From the NCBI GenBank assembly GCA_951406725.2, contig OX597836.1:62001-126000 (forward strand): a stretch of DNA of 64,000 nt, given 5' to 3'. The DNA comes from Octopus vulgaris. Lineage: Eukaryota. This document shows positions 39,901-50,249 of this stretch, piece after piece. Positions within the stretch are counted from its first letter, which is position 1. Each line of letters opens with the position of its first letter. The notes below the pieces were generated by a model. The model ran no database searches and had not been told where the DNA came from. It saw nothing but the letters and a program-made list of their open reading frames with translations. Both the position numbers and the translations under genes were made by a program.

Positions 39901-40354
39901 GTGCGAAATTTGCAATTTTGAACTTGTTTGTAAATGTTGCGTGGCGAGATTAAGTTGTTTTTCCAATAAAAAATCTGCAATGTTGTTAGGAGAGAAAGAT
40001 TATTGTTGTTTTTTTTGGGGGGGGGTCTTTAGCATTTTTTTTTTTTTCGTGTATGTCCGTGTGTGTAATGTGTTTTTCCTTAACGATAGTACCCCAACAA
40101 AGGTTTCATGAAATTGTTTCTTTGGAGAAAATTAACTATAGAAAAATTTGTGTAAAAAAGGTTCGCTTTAAAAGTTTTGGGGCAAGAAGAGTCAAGTTTG
40201 CTAAGAAGAAAATAAAATAAAAATCTAACACGAGAAAAAGTAAAAGAAGTTAAAATTTAAAAACGGAAAGAAAAATATAGAGAGAGGAAAAGTTTTGAGA
40301 AATGCTATTTAGCTTGTAATGCTTACTTTTGCTTTCAATAGTTCGTAAAGCCAT
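4770..40354 (-). CDS. SLC4: SLC4 family Na+-coupled bicarbonate transporter (NDCBE/NBCn/NBCe-like), 5' seven coding exons; gene probably continues beyond the window start
   Basis: Spliced translation [138 protein letters not shown]...[10 protein letters not shown]...LHPNK. The W[23 protein letters not shown] motif is the band-3-type cytoplasmic domain signature of Na-coupled SLC4s. All junctions are GT-AG with matching phases. Confidence 0.93.
4941..5420 (+). mobile_element. RTE-associated repeat (3'UTR units + (GAT)n tail)
   Basis: Same ~60-bp units and terminal box as 11195-11982. Confidence 0.8.
6634..6720 (-). CDS. SLC4: SLC4 exon 6 candidate ([10 protein letters not shown]...KSIQ), 87 nt symmetric cassette
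   Basis: NAGNAG acceptor gtgtagcag, donor AAG|GTGAGA, phase 1-1, stop-free; lies in the variable region so there is no homology support. Confidence 0.6.
7095..7292 (-). mobile_element. tRNA-derived SINE immediately next to SLC4 exon 5
   Basis: B-box-like GACTTCAAATTC and core AAGTACCAGT...CTGGGGTCAAT on the minus strand; degenerate relatives at about 5570-5720, 6050-6200, 8060-8290, 8700-8830, 16100-16210 and 59160-59330. Confidence 0.7.
7334..7498 (-). CDS. SLC4: SLC4 exon 5 (DQVITTW...[12 protein letters not shown]...VRSLYDL), 165 nt
   Basis: Acceptor tattctttag, donor C|GTTTGT; resembles the SLC4 ALLxxHxH...VRSxADI segment. Confidence 0.88.
8921..9430. repeat. Nested inverted/direct repeat (fold-back element)
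   Basis: 8921-8997 is inverted to 9300-9375; 9043-9130 is a direct copy of 9344-9430. Confidence 0.75.
9717..9877 (-). CDS. SLC4: SLC4 exon 4 ([24 protein letters not shown]...LLDIDA), 161 nt
   Basis: Acceptor atttaattttaag, donor TTG|GTAAGA; hallmark SLC4 motif. Confidence 0.96.
11195..11982 (+). mobile_element. Young RTE-associated element with internal ~59-bp tandem array and long (GAT)n tail
   Basis: About 5-6 near-identical units (aacaccatccgagcgtggccgtctgccagcctcgtctggcacctgtgtcggtggcacat) at ~11480-11800; CpGs retained. Confidence 0.85.
13178..13668 (-). mobile_element. Same RTE-associated family, alternating two-unit tandem array
   Basis: (CAT)n tail at the left end; ~60-bp units alternating ...acagagctgg... 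and ...cgatgctgg/cgaggctag... Confidence 0.85.
15828..15960 (-). CDS. SLC4: SLC4 exon 3 (DNVSEVIQ...FCEMDVL...EWKESAR), 133 nt
   Basis: Acceptor cttgtcttactttaag, donor CAG|GTAAAT; resembles the SLC4 LFxELDE...EWxETAR segment. Confidence 0.93.
16655..17059 (+). mobile_element. RTE-associated repeat copy
   Basis: Same units and terminal box, ending in a short GAT tail and (TA)n. Confidence 0.75.
17160..18110 (-). mobile_element. Penelope-like element remnant (GIY-YIG endonuclease)
   Basis: Frameshifted [10 protein letters not shown]...YISTS...[11 protein letters not shown]...ELSKLIWYL; decayed hammerhead-like ctgatcagaaga...tcttcaaaacatatgt at ~17340-17425. Confidence 0.7.
19676..19738 (-). 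CDS. SLC4: SLC4 exon 2 ([21 protein letters not shown]), 63 nt, phase 1-1
   Basis: Acceptor ttttctatttatag, donor GCG|GTAAGT, open frame compatible with the downstream conserved exon. Confidence 0.72.
20306..21555 (-). mobile_element. RTE-clade LINE 3' part
   Basis: [12 protein letters not shown]...RIAWAKF and [18 protein letters not shown]...[12 protein letters not shown]...DL; 3'UTR units and (CAT)n tail. Confidence 0.88.
21561..21720 (+). mobile_element. CR1-like LINE 3' terminal fragment
   Basis: PDEPTSR...MR coding end and tail matching 36680-36835. Confidence 0.8.
22321..22373 (-). ncRNA. Type I hammerhead ribozyme
   Basis: Minus strand: GAGCUUC-CUGAUGA-UUUC(UUUU)GAAU-GAA-ACAG(UUCUAGUC)CUGU-A^GAAGCUC. 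Perfect 7-bp stem I, 4-bp stem III, GUA cleavage triplet; the 10.1-11.1 position is U-U. Confidence 0.82.
23403..23786 (-). mobile_element. Non-autonomous Helitron
   Basis: Minus strand begins TC and ends CTAG after a GC-rich hairpin (cctgagcaacgccggg); inserted between A and T, no TSD. Confidence 0.8.
24708..24864. repeat. 63-bp near-perfect palindrome with ~31-nt loop, probably a Penelope terminal fold-back
   Basis: Arms 24708-24770 and 24802-24864 differ at about 2 positions; contains decayed hammerhead-like ctaataa-aggccc-gaaacatatgta. Confidence 0.8.
25459..27480 (-). mobile_element. CR1/L2-group LINE copy A (RT, 5'-truncated, one frameshift)
   Basis: [48 protein letters not shown]; (CAAT)n tail. 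Confidence 0.95.
28745..29133 (-). mobile_element. Second copy of the non-autonomous Helitron
   Basis: Aligns end to end with 23403-23786; terminal CTAG changed to CTAT. Confidence 0.8.
29413..30262 (-). mobile_element. CR1-like LINE copy B (different subfamily, 3' end)
   Basis: VRDLGI...[10 protein letters not shown]...SLERRRER...GPQLFNILP; related but distinct 3' tail. Confidence 0.9.
31316..33294 (-). mobile_element. CR1-like LINE copy C: ORF1 remnant (CCCH finger) joined to RT by internal deletion of the endonuclease
   Basis: ORF 33316-32759 contains [22 protein letters not shown]; 481-aa ORF 32933-31488 contains the RT motifs; (CAAT)n tail. Confidence 0.92.
33321..34465 (+). mobile_element. 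CR1-like LINE copy D (RT core, truncated at both ends)
   Basis: 382-aa ORF nearly identical to copies A and C, opposite strand. Confidence 0.93.
34462..34712 (+). mobile_element. Penelope-type terminal-repeat fragment with a minimal hammerhead variant
   Basis: tcttt-CTGTTGA-A-GAGC(GTAG)GCTC-GAA-ACGT-T-aaaga at 34549-34586; related sequence at 28080-28206. Confidence 0.55.
34722..36838 (+). mobile_element. CR1-like LINE copy E (ORF1 end, APE endonuclease, RT core deleted, 3' tail)
   Basis: [35 protein letters not shown] and SDHN motifs; jumps from GGSR to EGIMPN. Confidence 0.9.
37213..38420 (+). mobile_element. CR1-like LINE copy F (EN end to RT start)
   Basis: [27 protein letters not shown]; both ends abut TA-rich microsatellite. 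Confidence 0.88.
38533..38732 (+). mobile_element. SINE 3' half with CR1-like tail
   Basis: ctggggtcgat core and ggtgctccagcatggccacagtc...tgaaacaagtaaaag tail. Confidence 0.8.
38954..39224. mobile_element. MITE with ~57-bp TIRs and perfect 8-bp TSD (Merlin- or MuDR-like)
   Basis: TIR GGCATTCYTTCGATATAAC..., TSD CAAATGAT at 38946-38953 and 39225-39232. Confidence 0.88.
40327..40354 (-). CDS. SLC4: SLC4 candidate first coding exon (MALRTIESK + phase 1)
   Basis: agcATGG start context, strong donor AAA|GTAAGC, phase 1 matches the next exon, no upstream acceptor, Inr-like TCAGT about 70 nt upstream. No homology support. Confidence 0.6.
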
Positions 40355-40414
40355 GCTTGTGGTTGATGCGTACAGCTGCTAACAATCGTCTGTTTACTTA
40401 ACACACCAGCTTGA

Positions 40415-40455
40415 GTGGTACTGATGCGACGTACCGTAGCGCCATCACATGACAC
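40415..40455 (-). promoter_or_regulatory. Candidate TATA-less core promoter of SLC4
   Basis: Minus-strand TCAGT Inr-like motif (40424-40420), ATGGCG YY1-like core and TCATGTGA E/M-box (40445-40452), in a locally CpG-containing patch just upstream of the ATG exon. Confidence 0.45.
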
Positions 40456-40855
40456 CTCTCCCACTTTTAGCAGTGCCACTACCTCCACTACCTTTAACCA
40501 CTATTTCTCTCTCTACGATTATTGTTACAGCAACCATTTGGCAGTTACTAGTTCGTGGAGGGTTCAACTATAGCATAAACTAGTAGGAGTGACAGCCAGA
40601 GGTTTTCTTTCTCCTTTTCTTTCTGTGATTTTGTTTTGTTCTCCTCTACTTCTTTTCAAATTGTAAATAACTGTTGCGGTGGGGAAGGCAACTTTTGACC
40701 AGTCAAGGATTAAAATGAATTAATGAATAGAAAGAAGAAATAAAATAAAAAATGATTGTCATGAAAGAGAAGAGAGAAAGGGAGAGAGAGAGAGGGAGAA
40801 ACAGAGGAAAGGATATCACTTTCTTTGTCTACTTTTTCTTTTTCTCTGCCTTCTT

Positions 40856-40859
<4 letters not shown>

Positions 40860-40907
<48 letters not shown>

Positions 40908-41331
40908 ACACACACAGAAGGAATGCATATGTATGTGTGTGTGTGTGAGAGAGAGAGGAAGAACCAGAGAGAGAGAGACGAAAAAGTTAAAGTTGTTTTG
41001 TTGTTAAGAGCGCTCAGTGGTAATTAAAACAAGCAAAACTTGTGCGCACACACACACACACATATATAAATATAAATATAAGCATAATTACAAAGATATA
41101 TGCACATACCTACATATATATCTATATATGGGTACAGAACATTAAAAAAAAACGTTGAACACAATGAGAAATGAAAACATAAAAACAAAAACATAGAAAC
41201 GAACTTTTTTCGAACAACGAAAAAAACAGAGAAACAAGACATGAAACACAAAGAATATTCCCCTTCATCAGGTGTCCCTGTTTCATCTACGCGTAAAGGA
41301 AACAGATTATATCTATAATATAATATATGTC

Positions 41332-41398
<67 letters not shown>

Positions 41399-41542
41399 CT
41401 CTCTCTCTCTCTCTCTCTTTATATATATACTTTTATATTATAGATAATATATATACATACATAACTCTTATAATATATTATAAATTATATATATACATAC
41501 ATAGATATATATGTATATATATATGATGTGCGTGAGTGTGTT

Positions 41543-41617
<75 letters not shown>

Positions 41618-41784
41618 ACACTCACGCACATCAATAGAAAGATAGATTATAGCGTAATAAACATTAAGAACAAAACAGAAAAGACAGTTTGACAATGTTT
41701 TGTAAATTAACCATGTATATAAAGTGTGAATATTTGTTTATATATATGTGCGTGTGTGCGTGTGAGTGTTCCAAGCACACACAG

Positions 41785-41840
<56 letters not shown>

Positions 41841-42014
41841 GCCCCACGGCAAATTGCCAGAAGTCTTTAAGTTGCTTTATACATACATACATACATACAT
41901 ACATACATACATACACACGTATATAAATACACACACGCACACATATATAAATATATATACACACACATATACACAAACTCATATATATTATATGTACGTA
42001 TGTATGTATCTATG

Positions 42015-42090
<76 letters not shown>

Positions 42091-42097
42091 GACGAAC

Positions 42098-42178
<81 letters not shown>

Positions 42179-42180
42179 CA
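40860..42180. repeat. Microsatellite cluster (CA, CTTT, TA, CATA, GATA)
   Basis: Direct observation. Confidence 0.9.
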
Positions 42181-42535
42181 CGGACAGACAGGTAAAGAAA
42201 TGTTTCACTAGCCATTATGTCAGCGAAAGAAATCTTCAAATAACGAAGAAGCGTTTACATAGTCTCTAGACATGCTAGATATATCGACCAAATCTCCCTC
42301 TACCTTAAAAGTAGCGTAACGAAATTCTAGAATTTGGATAAAGAAACGAACGGAATAGCTTTCGTCTTTAAGGGCCCACCTGGGCTTAAACCACCACCAT
42401 AAACATCAATAACGACATCAACAACACTATCAGCAACATCACCTGCACCGAGAGCTCAACCTATGTTACTAACATTTGTATGACCACCAACACCAACACC
42501 ACAACCACTTCCAACGACATCCAACGTCTAACACA

Positions 42536-42850
42536 TTCTCTCGAGGCGACACTTCTCACCACTTTTGGTGTGCTTGCTCGGCTGGTTTGCAATCCTTGTC
42601 CGTCGTCTCATAAGAATCTTCCTTTCCCTTGGGATCTTGTTTTTGTGTGTAGAGGCCCTGCACACTGGGAAATATTTGTCACATATGGTTTGTATTATAG
42701 ATATGAAACATTAGTGTTTCATGTCAATGTCTGGTGTTGAAAGACATTTAGGCCAATCCTGTTTGAGGATCTCTTTCTCAATCAATTTCCAATCTGCTTT
42801 ATGAAAGTTTAGTTTCGAGAGATTGTGGATGCTTCATATAGGCTGTATAG
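42536..42850 (-). mobile_element. CR1-like fragment related to copy F
   Basis: Reverse complement of about 37390-37700. Confidence 0.85.
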
Positions 42851-42949
42851 CCACAACCATTACAAAACCCTGCCAGGATGGGTAATAACTGCTATATTTT
42901 TGGGGAAGAATGTGGTTCGGTGAGAGCAGCTTCAGTTACAATTCGGTAC

Positions 42950-44440
42950 CTCGGGTTCGTAAGAAGTATTGTTTTAGAAAATGTGCTTATAATGTGTGAA
43001 AAAAGATTGTTTTCAAGTTATACAGACAGCAGTTTTTGTAGGAAATGAGCCGTCGTCGTGAGTACTGTTTTCTGAATTTCTCCCATTTTTGGACTTCCTG
43101 GGAGTAGGTAATAACCAGACCCTTTTGTTATTATTCGTAGGGCAATTACAACCACGAGTATTGTTTTAGTCTTGAGGTTCCACATTTTACTAATTTCTAT
43201 TTCAAGCTCTTTGTACTTGCTCAACTTTTGGTAGGTCTTGACAGATAATTTATGTCGATTGGAACAGTCATATCGATGAGGAGACAATGATTTTCGTCAG
43301 AATTCCTTCAATATAATATCTGCTCTATTTCGTCCATCTTTGTGTCAACTTGAACAGAAAAGTTCCACAGAAGTGAGATATTTTTCTCAAGCACTGGAAA
43401 TGGTTTGTGTTCCCAACAGTTTTTTTTTATCATGGAGTAGGTTCATGTCCTTGCAAATTACTCAGTGAATAAACTCTGCCGCTCTATCATGGCTGTTGAG
43501 ATACTCTGGAGGTGCAAGAAGGCTGCGCATCGAGACAATATGATCTATGGTTTCAATCTGCTGTTTACATACACAACATGTTGGACTACTGCCGTTCCTT
43601 AACATGTTGGTCTGGTAGTTTCTTGCAGGTAAGCATTGGTCCTGGGCTGCTGTGATAAACCTTTCTATTTCTGATTTTAAGCTACACGACGCTAACCACT
43701 AATGGGTAAGCTGTCTTTGAGTATTTACCATGAAGTAGCTTTTCCTGCCATTTGTTGTTAAGATTATTTATGGCTGCATTTTTAGCAAAAGTTTTCTTTT
43801 GTTTAGCCTTTTATGTTTGTTGATGGCTTATCCATTTCTGGGCTTGTCCATTTCTTGTAATTCTTCGTGCTTGTTGTGTTACTAAATATAATTTTATGCT
43901 GTTTTCATACTTCAAGACAAGTTTTAGCATCCAGTCCTCCGAATTTTTCGAATAAGAGTTTAAGCCAATAGTGGCAGTTTTCAGTGACATTTCAAGTTGT
44001 AGGAGTCCATGGCTTCCTCTTCTTCGTAAATAGAGTCTTTTGATGTCAGCTATGGGATGGTGCATTATATTCATTGTCAAAAATTTCCGAATTTTTTCTA
44101 TCAAACTTACAGATTTCACCACTTGCTTAAGTAATTATATTGAGACTGTAAGTTACGACCGGTATTGTTTAAGTATTAATTGCTTCTATGCATGTTTCTT
44201 GCATTTAGCCCTGTCTTGAATATTGCTCTTACCCTATGATAACATCCTTTTCAGATCTTATCCCTCGTTGTTGAACGCTTGATTCCATCGCCTTCATATA
44301 CCCCCCAAGTATTTATAACCTTCCTCTAGTTCTAACTCCAGTATAGCAGTTTGTTGATCAAAATTAGATATTTTTGACAGTTTATCTCTGATCAACTTAG
44401 CTTTCTGTGCATTTGCCAAGGCCAAATTCCATCATCAAAA
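42950..44440 (-). mobile_element. R4/Dong-like non-LTR retrotransposon remnant (RLE type)
   Basis: HHPIADIKRLYLRRRG, C-x2-C...ETIDHIVS zinc knuckle, KLSKYKELEIEISKMWNL restriction-like endonuclease region. Confidence 0.75.
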
Positions 44441-44592
44441 CCTACAACACCAATAACAACGTAGACGGTACCGGTGTTTACAGTTGTGGCATCATCCGTA
44501 GCGGTTAGACCGGCAGCAGCTGCAGCAGAAGCGGGAGTAATAATAACAGCAGTGGTAGCAGCAGTAGCAGCAGCAACAGTAGCAACGAAAAC

Positions 44593-44667
44593 AGCCCCGT
44601 AGCCCCATAGCCCCATAGCCCCATAGCCCCATAGCCCCATAGCCCCATAGCCCCATAGCCCCATAGC
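44593..44667 (+). repeat. (AGCCCCAT)n 8-mer tandem repeat, about 9 copies
   Basis: Direct observation. Confidence 0.95.
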
Positions 44668-45419
44668 ACAATCATCGCCGTCCTGCGTCACCACCAACAT
44701 CAACAAAAAAATTAACAGAAAGGACCACCCAAGGCGTCTCTCAACCTAGCTCTCCTTCTCTCAAACATTCACACAAACACAAACACACTCCCAACTGTAT
44801 CCGGGACAGATCCCACAGACACAAGTACCTCCACATCTCGAAGTAAAAATGAGGAGACCCCCAAAACTAAAGAAACAAAAAAGAAAACAGAGAAAAAAAG
44901 ATACATAGCAGAAAACAGAAAATGCTCTAGCAACAAATATAGGTACATCAACAACATCAACCTCACCAATAGCACAAGCATTAACACAATCACACTTATC
45001 ACCACCAGTACCACCAATGCTACCACTATCACAACTACCCACAGAAAGAATACAAACACACAATAACAGCCAACCACACAGACACCAAAAACCATGTTAG
45101 TGAGGAGAGCCAAAGAAGAATTGATGAGCCACATAACACTGCGTAAAGACTTTGAGAGAAGGGGTGATCTTCTGCATCAGCACTTTTAAAGTTTCACATA
45201 CTCTAAAGTTGGTGCGCATGTCTCGATACATACAAAACATTAGGGAGAGTTTCCCGACGAGTTGGGAACCCCAGTATAAAACCACCAGTAAACTTTTAAC
45301 GAGGGTCCCAAAGGTACCCTAGCCGGATACAGAGATTGGGCCAGCCGTCCTGAAATAGCACGAGGAGGGTAAGCAACTCCACTCTTAATTTTCTCTGAAT
45401 TCTTTCACTCCAGCATAGT

Positions 45420-45980
45420 GACTTTTAGAATACATGGTATAAACAGACGTGGCCTAAGGTCATCTCGGAAGCAAGGTCGCTTGCTCAACGACCTCAGCTC
45501 ATTAGCTCTGGATGTAACAGCCGTCAGCGAAACTTCGCATCCCTTTATTTACCTTGAATAGGAGGTGAGTGATAGTGTTGCTTATCAAAGGTCTGTACCT
45601 CTAGGTACGGATGACTTTTCTGGACCTAGATGGTAATTTGATGGTCCTGAATGTGAGCAACAGCGAAGGTGGTGCTTTTGAACTAGCCACTGTGTAGGCC
45701 CCGACTAGGAAGAGACAGCCGGGTTTCTTCAGACGTTGGGAAGTTTTGCTTGAAACGTCTCCCTCTTTTGTATTAGTGGGAAATTGGGACGCCATCTTGG
45801 ACGCACGCCTTGATTGTGTGGGGCTATCATGTAGGAGAGGAAGTGTAAAAGCTTTGCAAACTTGCTCAGTTGCTCAGTCAGGTGACAGGTGCCAACTGGA
45901 TTTTCCGAATGCGCCAATGTGAACATGAGCAATCAATATCGGGTCATCCAGATCGCATAGGGTATTATTTTGTAGGCCAC
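45420..45980 (+). mobile_element. Degenerate L1/Tx1-like endonuclease fragment
   Basis: KQGRLLNDL...LDVTAVSET and VLVGNWDAILD motifs across frameshifts. Confidence 0.55.
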
Positions 45981-46029
45981 TAGATAGAAGTAGCATAATT
46001 AGTCCATAATTCCTCACTGCAATAAGAAG

Positions 46030-46270
46030 ACCTCCTCCTCCATTTAGAAGACTATCCGTAGGGAAGGTCTCGACATTCGGTTTGCCCATTCAGGAACACC
46101 GGCAATTTACTTATAAAAGAGGCTCTGCTGATCCACCGCCTCAACCAAAAAGATCGGAGTTGAACATCTCCCCTATGACAGCATCCAGCATGTGTTGAAT
46201 GGCCCACAACAGCAGCTGAGATTGTTTACACTAACACTCGGACAGTCGGCAGCACTTAAAGGGTGATTAA
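46030..46270 (+). mobile_element. Penelope-like 3' fragment
   Basis: 46031-46144 matches 63888-64000, which follows a Penelope-type RT. Confidence 0.7.
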
Positions 46271-46873
46271 TACTGTTACTGCTGCTATTACTACTGTTAC
46301 TGCTGCTACTACTACTACAGATGGTGTGTAGCTTATAGCAACAGTTGAGAGTTTGCATCAACGCGTGGAGTGTCGATTACACCTACGTTTGGAGAGTGAC
46401 TGCTGCTGTTACATAATGCTAGGGAATTTGAGTTAACGGAACCTACAGAGCTGGACTTTTCTCAGACTGTTCTTTTCTTCAGATGATGGCCCTTTGCGCC
46501 TGAAATATAAAGGTTTTATTAAACTTTCCACATTGTAAGGAAGCTTTCTATTTTCTCTCTTTTCAGTTTTTTCGATATTACAAGGCTTCAAGCGAACTAC
46601 AACGCTCTTACACACACACACACACACACACAAAAGAATGGAGAGTGCTGAAATAGGTAGTGAAGGGGAGGTTCAGGGGTAAAGTACGTTGCTGTTCCAG
46701 TTTTAGCTTGCATTTCAGTTGCTTTACTGCTTTTGTGGGTTCTTCTTTTTCTTCATAGTTGTTAGGTACTATGACTTCTATTTCGTATTTGTCAGCTTCC
46801 TCAAAGACTGAAAATGGTTTTTTTTATTTTATTCGTGTTTTGTTGCTAATTGTATTAGCTTTCCTTGCTTCTA

Positions 46874-46906
<33 letters not shown>

Positions 46907-47070
46907 TAAATTCAAATTACGATGAACGTAAATAAACAAACGAAGTTTGCTTTAGAAGCGTTGAGATGTCTTGAAAAGTTAAAGAAGTGATTTTAAATTC
47001 TCAAACGCAGGATAAGGCTAATAATATAGCCTGAACAGGATAAGCTACCCCTATTTTGCAGAAAAAAGTG

Positions 47071-47113
<43 letters not shown>

Positions 47114-47138
47114 ATTATTATTATTATTATTATTATTG

Positions 47139-47693
47139 AGTGAGAGAGCAGTGCATGCCATCAAAGTGACACTGGGGTAAAAATATACAAAGCCCAGTAT
47201 ACCCATCATGACTACCCGTCTGATAAGGGTACACTAGGCACATGCATCACAACCATGTGTGCGCGACATGGTGATCTTATATCAAGACAAACAGCGCATG
47301 ACCTTGCAGGTGGTGCCCAGTTAGAATTTTCTTCTGGTCGAGTAGCCCATCCTGCTCAAAAGGTCCCTGAATAAGGGTTGTTTAAGGATGTTGAACGAAA
47401 CACCCATGTTTCCAGAGATGAATAATTCAAACCCCCAAAGAATCCCTCTCAACACATGGCTATGATGCTCCCATACTACTTCTGCTCGTGATCAGAGATG
47501 CACATATCGTCAGCCACTAAGGGACATGCTCAACTGGTTAAGGTCAAACAACTGACAAGCAAATCTGTGGTATTGAGCAGACTATTTGCTGTAGCCCATC
47601 TTTTATACCAAGACAAAACAATGTACATGATAAAACTTCCAATCAGTTAAGACAAGAAGCCATGAGAGCCACTGCCTGGTACTGCATCAGGGC

Positions 47694-47697
<4 letters not shown>
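47139..47697. mobile_element. ~560-bp non-coding element embedded in (ATT)n
   Basis: Sharp boundaries with (ATT)n on both sides; no substantial ORF. Confidence 0.55.
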
Positions 47698-47745
<48 letters not shown>

Positions 47746-48029
47746 TTTATTGTTATTATTATTATTCCATCGTAACACAGTGTAGGTAAAAATGCACCGA
47801 AGTCTTTAGTCATCTGTCAAGTCACAACAAGGACCTCAGGCAGTTAATATTTCCCTTAAGATGTACACTGAGCCCAAGAAGTAACTCAAGCGTCCGTAGT
47901 TTAGTTCATAGCATGTGTTTAATATGCGCCATGTACAGAACTTTCAGTTTTTGAGTCACTTTTAAACTTTTCTGCTAATTAAAAAAATGTATATTTGTTT
48001 ATCTTTTCTTTAAATCATCGTAATCATGT

Positions 48030-48211
48030 ATATCGTGATTGAGTGGTAAGAAGCTTGCTTCCCAACCACATGGTTCTGGGTTCAGTCCCACTGCGTCGCA
48101 CCTCGGTTAAGAGTCTTCTACTATAGCCCCAAGCCTTGCGAGTAGATCTGGTAGACAGAAAGTGAAAGAAATCCGCCGTATATATGTGTGTGTGTGTGTG
48201 TGCGTGCGTGC

Positions 48212-48243
<32 letters not shown>

Positions 48244-48988
48244 TTGTGTGTGTGCATGCGTGTGTGTGTATGTGTGTGTGTATGTATGTATTAGAGACCA
48301 AAGTGTACGTACGTCGCTATATTTATATATATAAAAAATACAAAAGTGTGACAAGAACTCAAAACATCCAGACAGACGATACAAAGATAACAAAGTCGGG
48401 TCATTCGGAGTTTTCTTTCCTCAGTTGAGTTTCAGATTATCTTTGCAATTTTGGCTGGTTATACTCGAGATTGCTCCAATCTGGCTAGCCCCAAGGAAAA
48501 ACTAAGCTAAGAGCACTAGATTCCCACTACCTCTCTCTCTTCTCTCCCCATGTGACCGGTGTTCGGCCAAGTTTGACCTTTCTTGGTTCAACTACCATCC
48601 GTGCAACATCTATATGCCTCCCTGTGCCTGTCAAATCTTATGTCCCTGCCGTAAGGCTTTACTTCCACATACGCCAGCTTAATTTAATTCGTCCTTAGTC
48701 GAAAGACACCCGTTGTTAATGTCCTGTTATTTGTAATTGTGTACCATTTCTCCGTTTTTTTCGGTCCTTGTTTTCGTATACATTCGCTGCTTTCTCCAAG
48801 GAATCTATTGCTCTTAGCTTAGTTTCTCTTTGGGGTTGGCCAGATTGCAGCAATCTCGAGTATAACCAGCCGAAATTGCAAAGATAATCTGGAACTCGAC
48901 TAAGGAAAGGAAAGGAAACTCCGAACGACCCGTCCTTGTTTTCTTTGTTTCGTCTGTCTGGATGTTTTGCGTTCATGTCCCATTTTTG

Positions 48989-49028
<40 letters not shown>

Positions 49029-49250
49029 CGGGCTTCTTTCAGTATATGTGTGTGTGTATGTTCTACTGTTTGACAAACCGGTGCTGGTGTGTTTACGTTC
49101 CCCGTAAGATAGCGGTTCGACAAAAAGTTCGATAGAATAAGTACCAGACTTAAAAAGTGTACTGTGGTCAATTCATTCGGCTAAAAATTCTTGAAAGCGG
49201 TGCCCCAGCATGGCCGCGGATTAATAACTGAAACAAGTAAAAGATAAAAG
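48030..49250 (+). mobile_element. tRNA-derived SINE split by a Penelope-like insertion
   Basis: A/B boxes (tgagtggtaag, gggttcagtccc) at ~48040-48090; core and CR1-like tail at ~49065-49250. Confidence 0.7.
48335..48994. mobile_element. Penelope-like terminal structure with ~190-bp inverted repeat
   Basis: 48335-48524 is inverted to 48800-48994, flanked by (TA)n. Confidence 0.65.
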
Positions 49251-49729
49251 ATTTTCATGCTTAAACAGGTTTTATTCTCTTCTCTACAAATGCATTAAAG
49301 CATATGCCAGAGAACGGAAACCGCTCTTACAGTAGCCTCTCTTAACAAATAAGATTTATCACATCGAGGTGAGAACTAGAACGGTGACAGTAGCGGTGGC
49401 ATCGGTGACACCATATTTATAAACACACCATCTTTCGCCTCATTTAAGCATGATACGGAATGTTTACCGGCTTGTTTCAATACCACCATAACCACCACCA
49501 CCATAACCACCACCACCATAACCACCGCTGCCATCATCATTATCATCATCATCATATTTCATGCTTCGATGGTTCGTTTTAATAAGAAATAATTAGCAAA
49601 TAATTAACTATATAAATAAATAAAAGTAATTTACTACTTTATTTTTGTTTTGCCGAAAATAGATTTAAAAGGGTAAGTTACGAGAGATTAAATTGAGTGA
49701 GTATTAAGTGAATTCAGTCATTTTTACTT

Positions 49730-50075
49730 CTTGATCTTTTACTTGTTTTTTTTTTTATCTTTTGTGTGCTGGGACACCGCTTGAAGGGTTTACTCAAACA
49801 CATCACCCCCCGCCCCGAACATATTTATATAAAGGCAAGCCCTATTTATGTCGGTCTCTTTGGCCGGACAGCTTCGTCGTGGGAACATAAGCAAATCAAT
49901 ACTGATCGCTAAGCGGTGGTGGTGGACAAACCTAAGTTTACGTCTACGAAATCCACTCACAAGACTGGTTGGCCTAAGGCTATCGATGAAGACACTCGCC
50001 CAAATTGCTACTCTGTGGGACTAGACCCGGAACCATGTGGTTGAGAGGCAAACTTATTACACAGCTACTTCTGCG
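49730..50075 (-). mobile_element. Degenerate SINE
   Basis: Reverse complement of the head and core seen at 48030 and 49065. Confidence 0.6.
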
Positions 50076-50249
50076 TTTGTTCAACTTCTGTTTGAATTAA
50101 TTATATTGACTTAAAAATTAATTATCTTTTATAATTCACATGTTGCTGTTGTTGTGTAATCACAGATTGACTCTGATAGAGTTGTACGGAAACAAACACT
50201 GGAGTTGGTCCTTTTTTTTTTGGTGGTGGGGGAGTTGCTTCTTTCGATG

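Noticed and set aside
41230-41295. CTGATGA motif in a probable Penelope terminal fragment
   Set aside because: No downstream GAAA or closing stems on that strand
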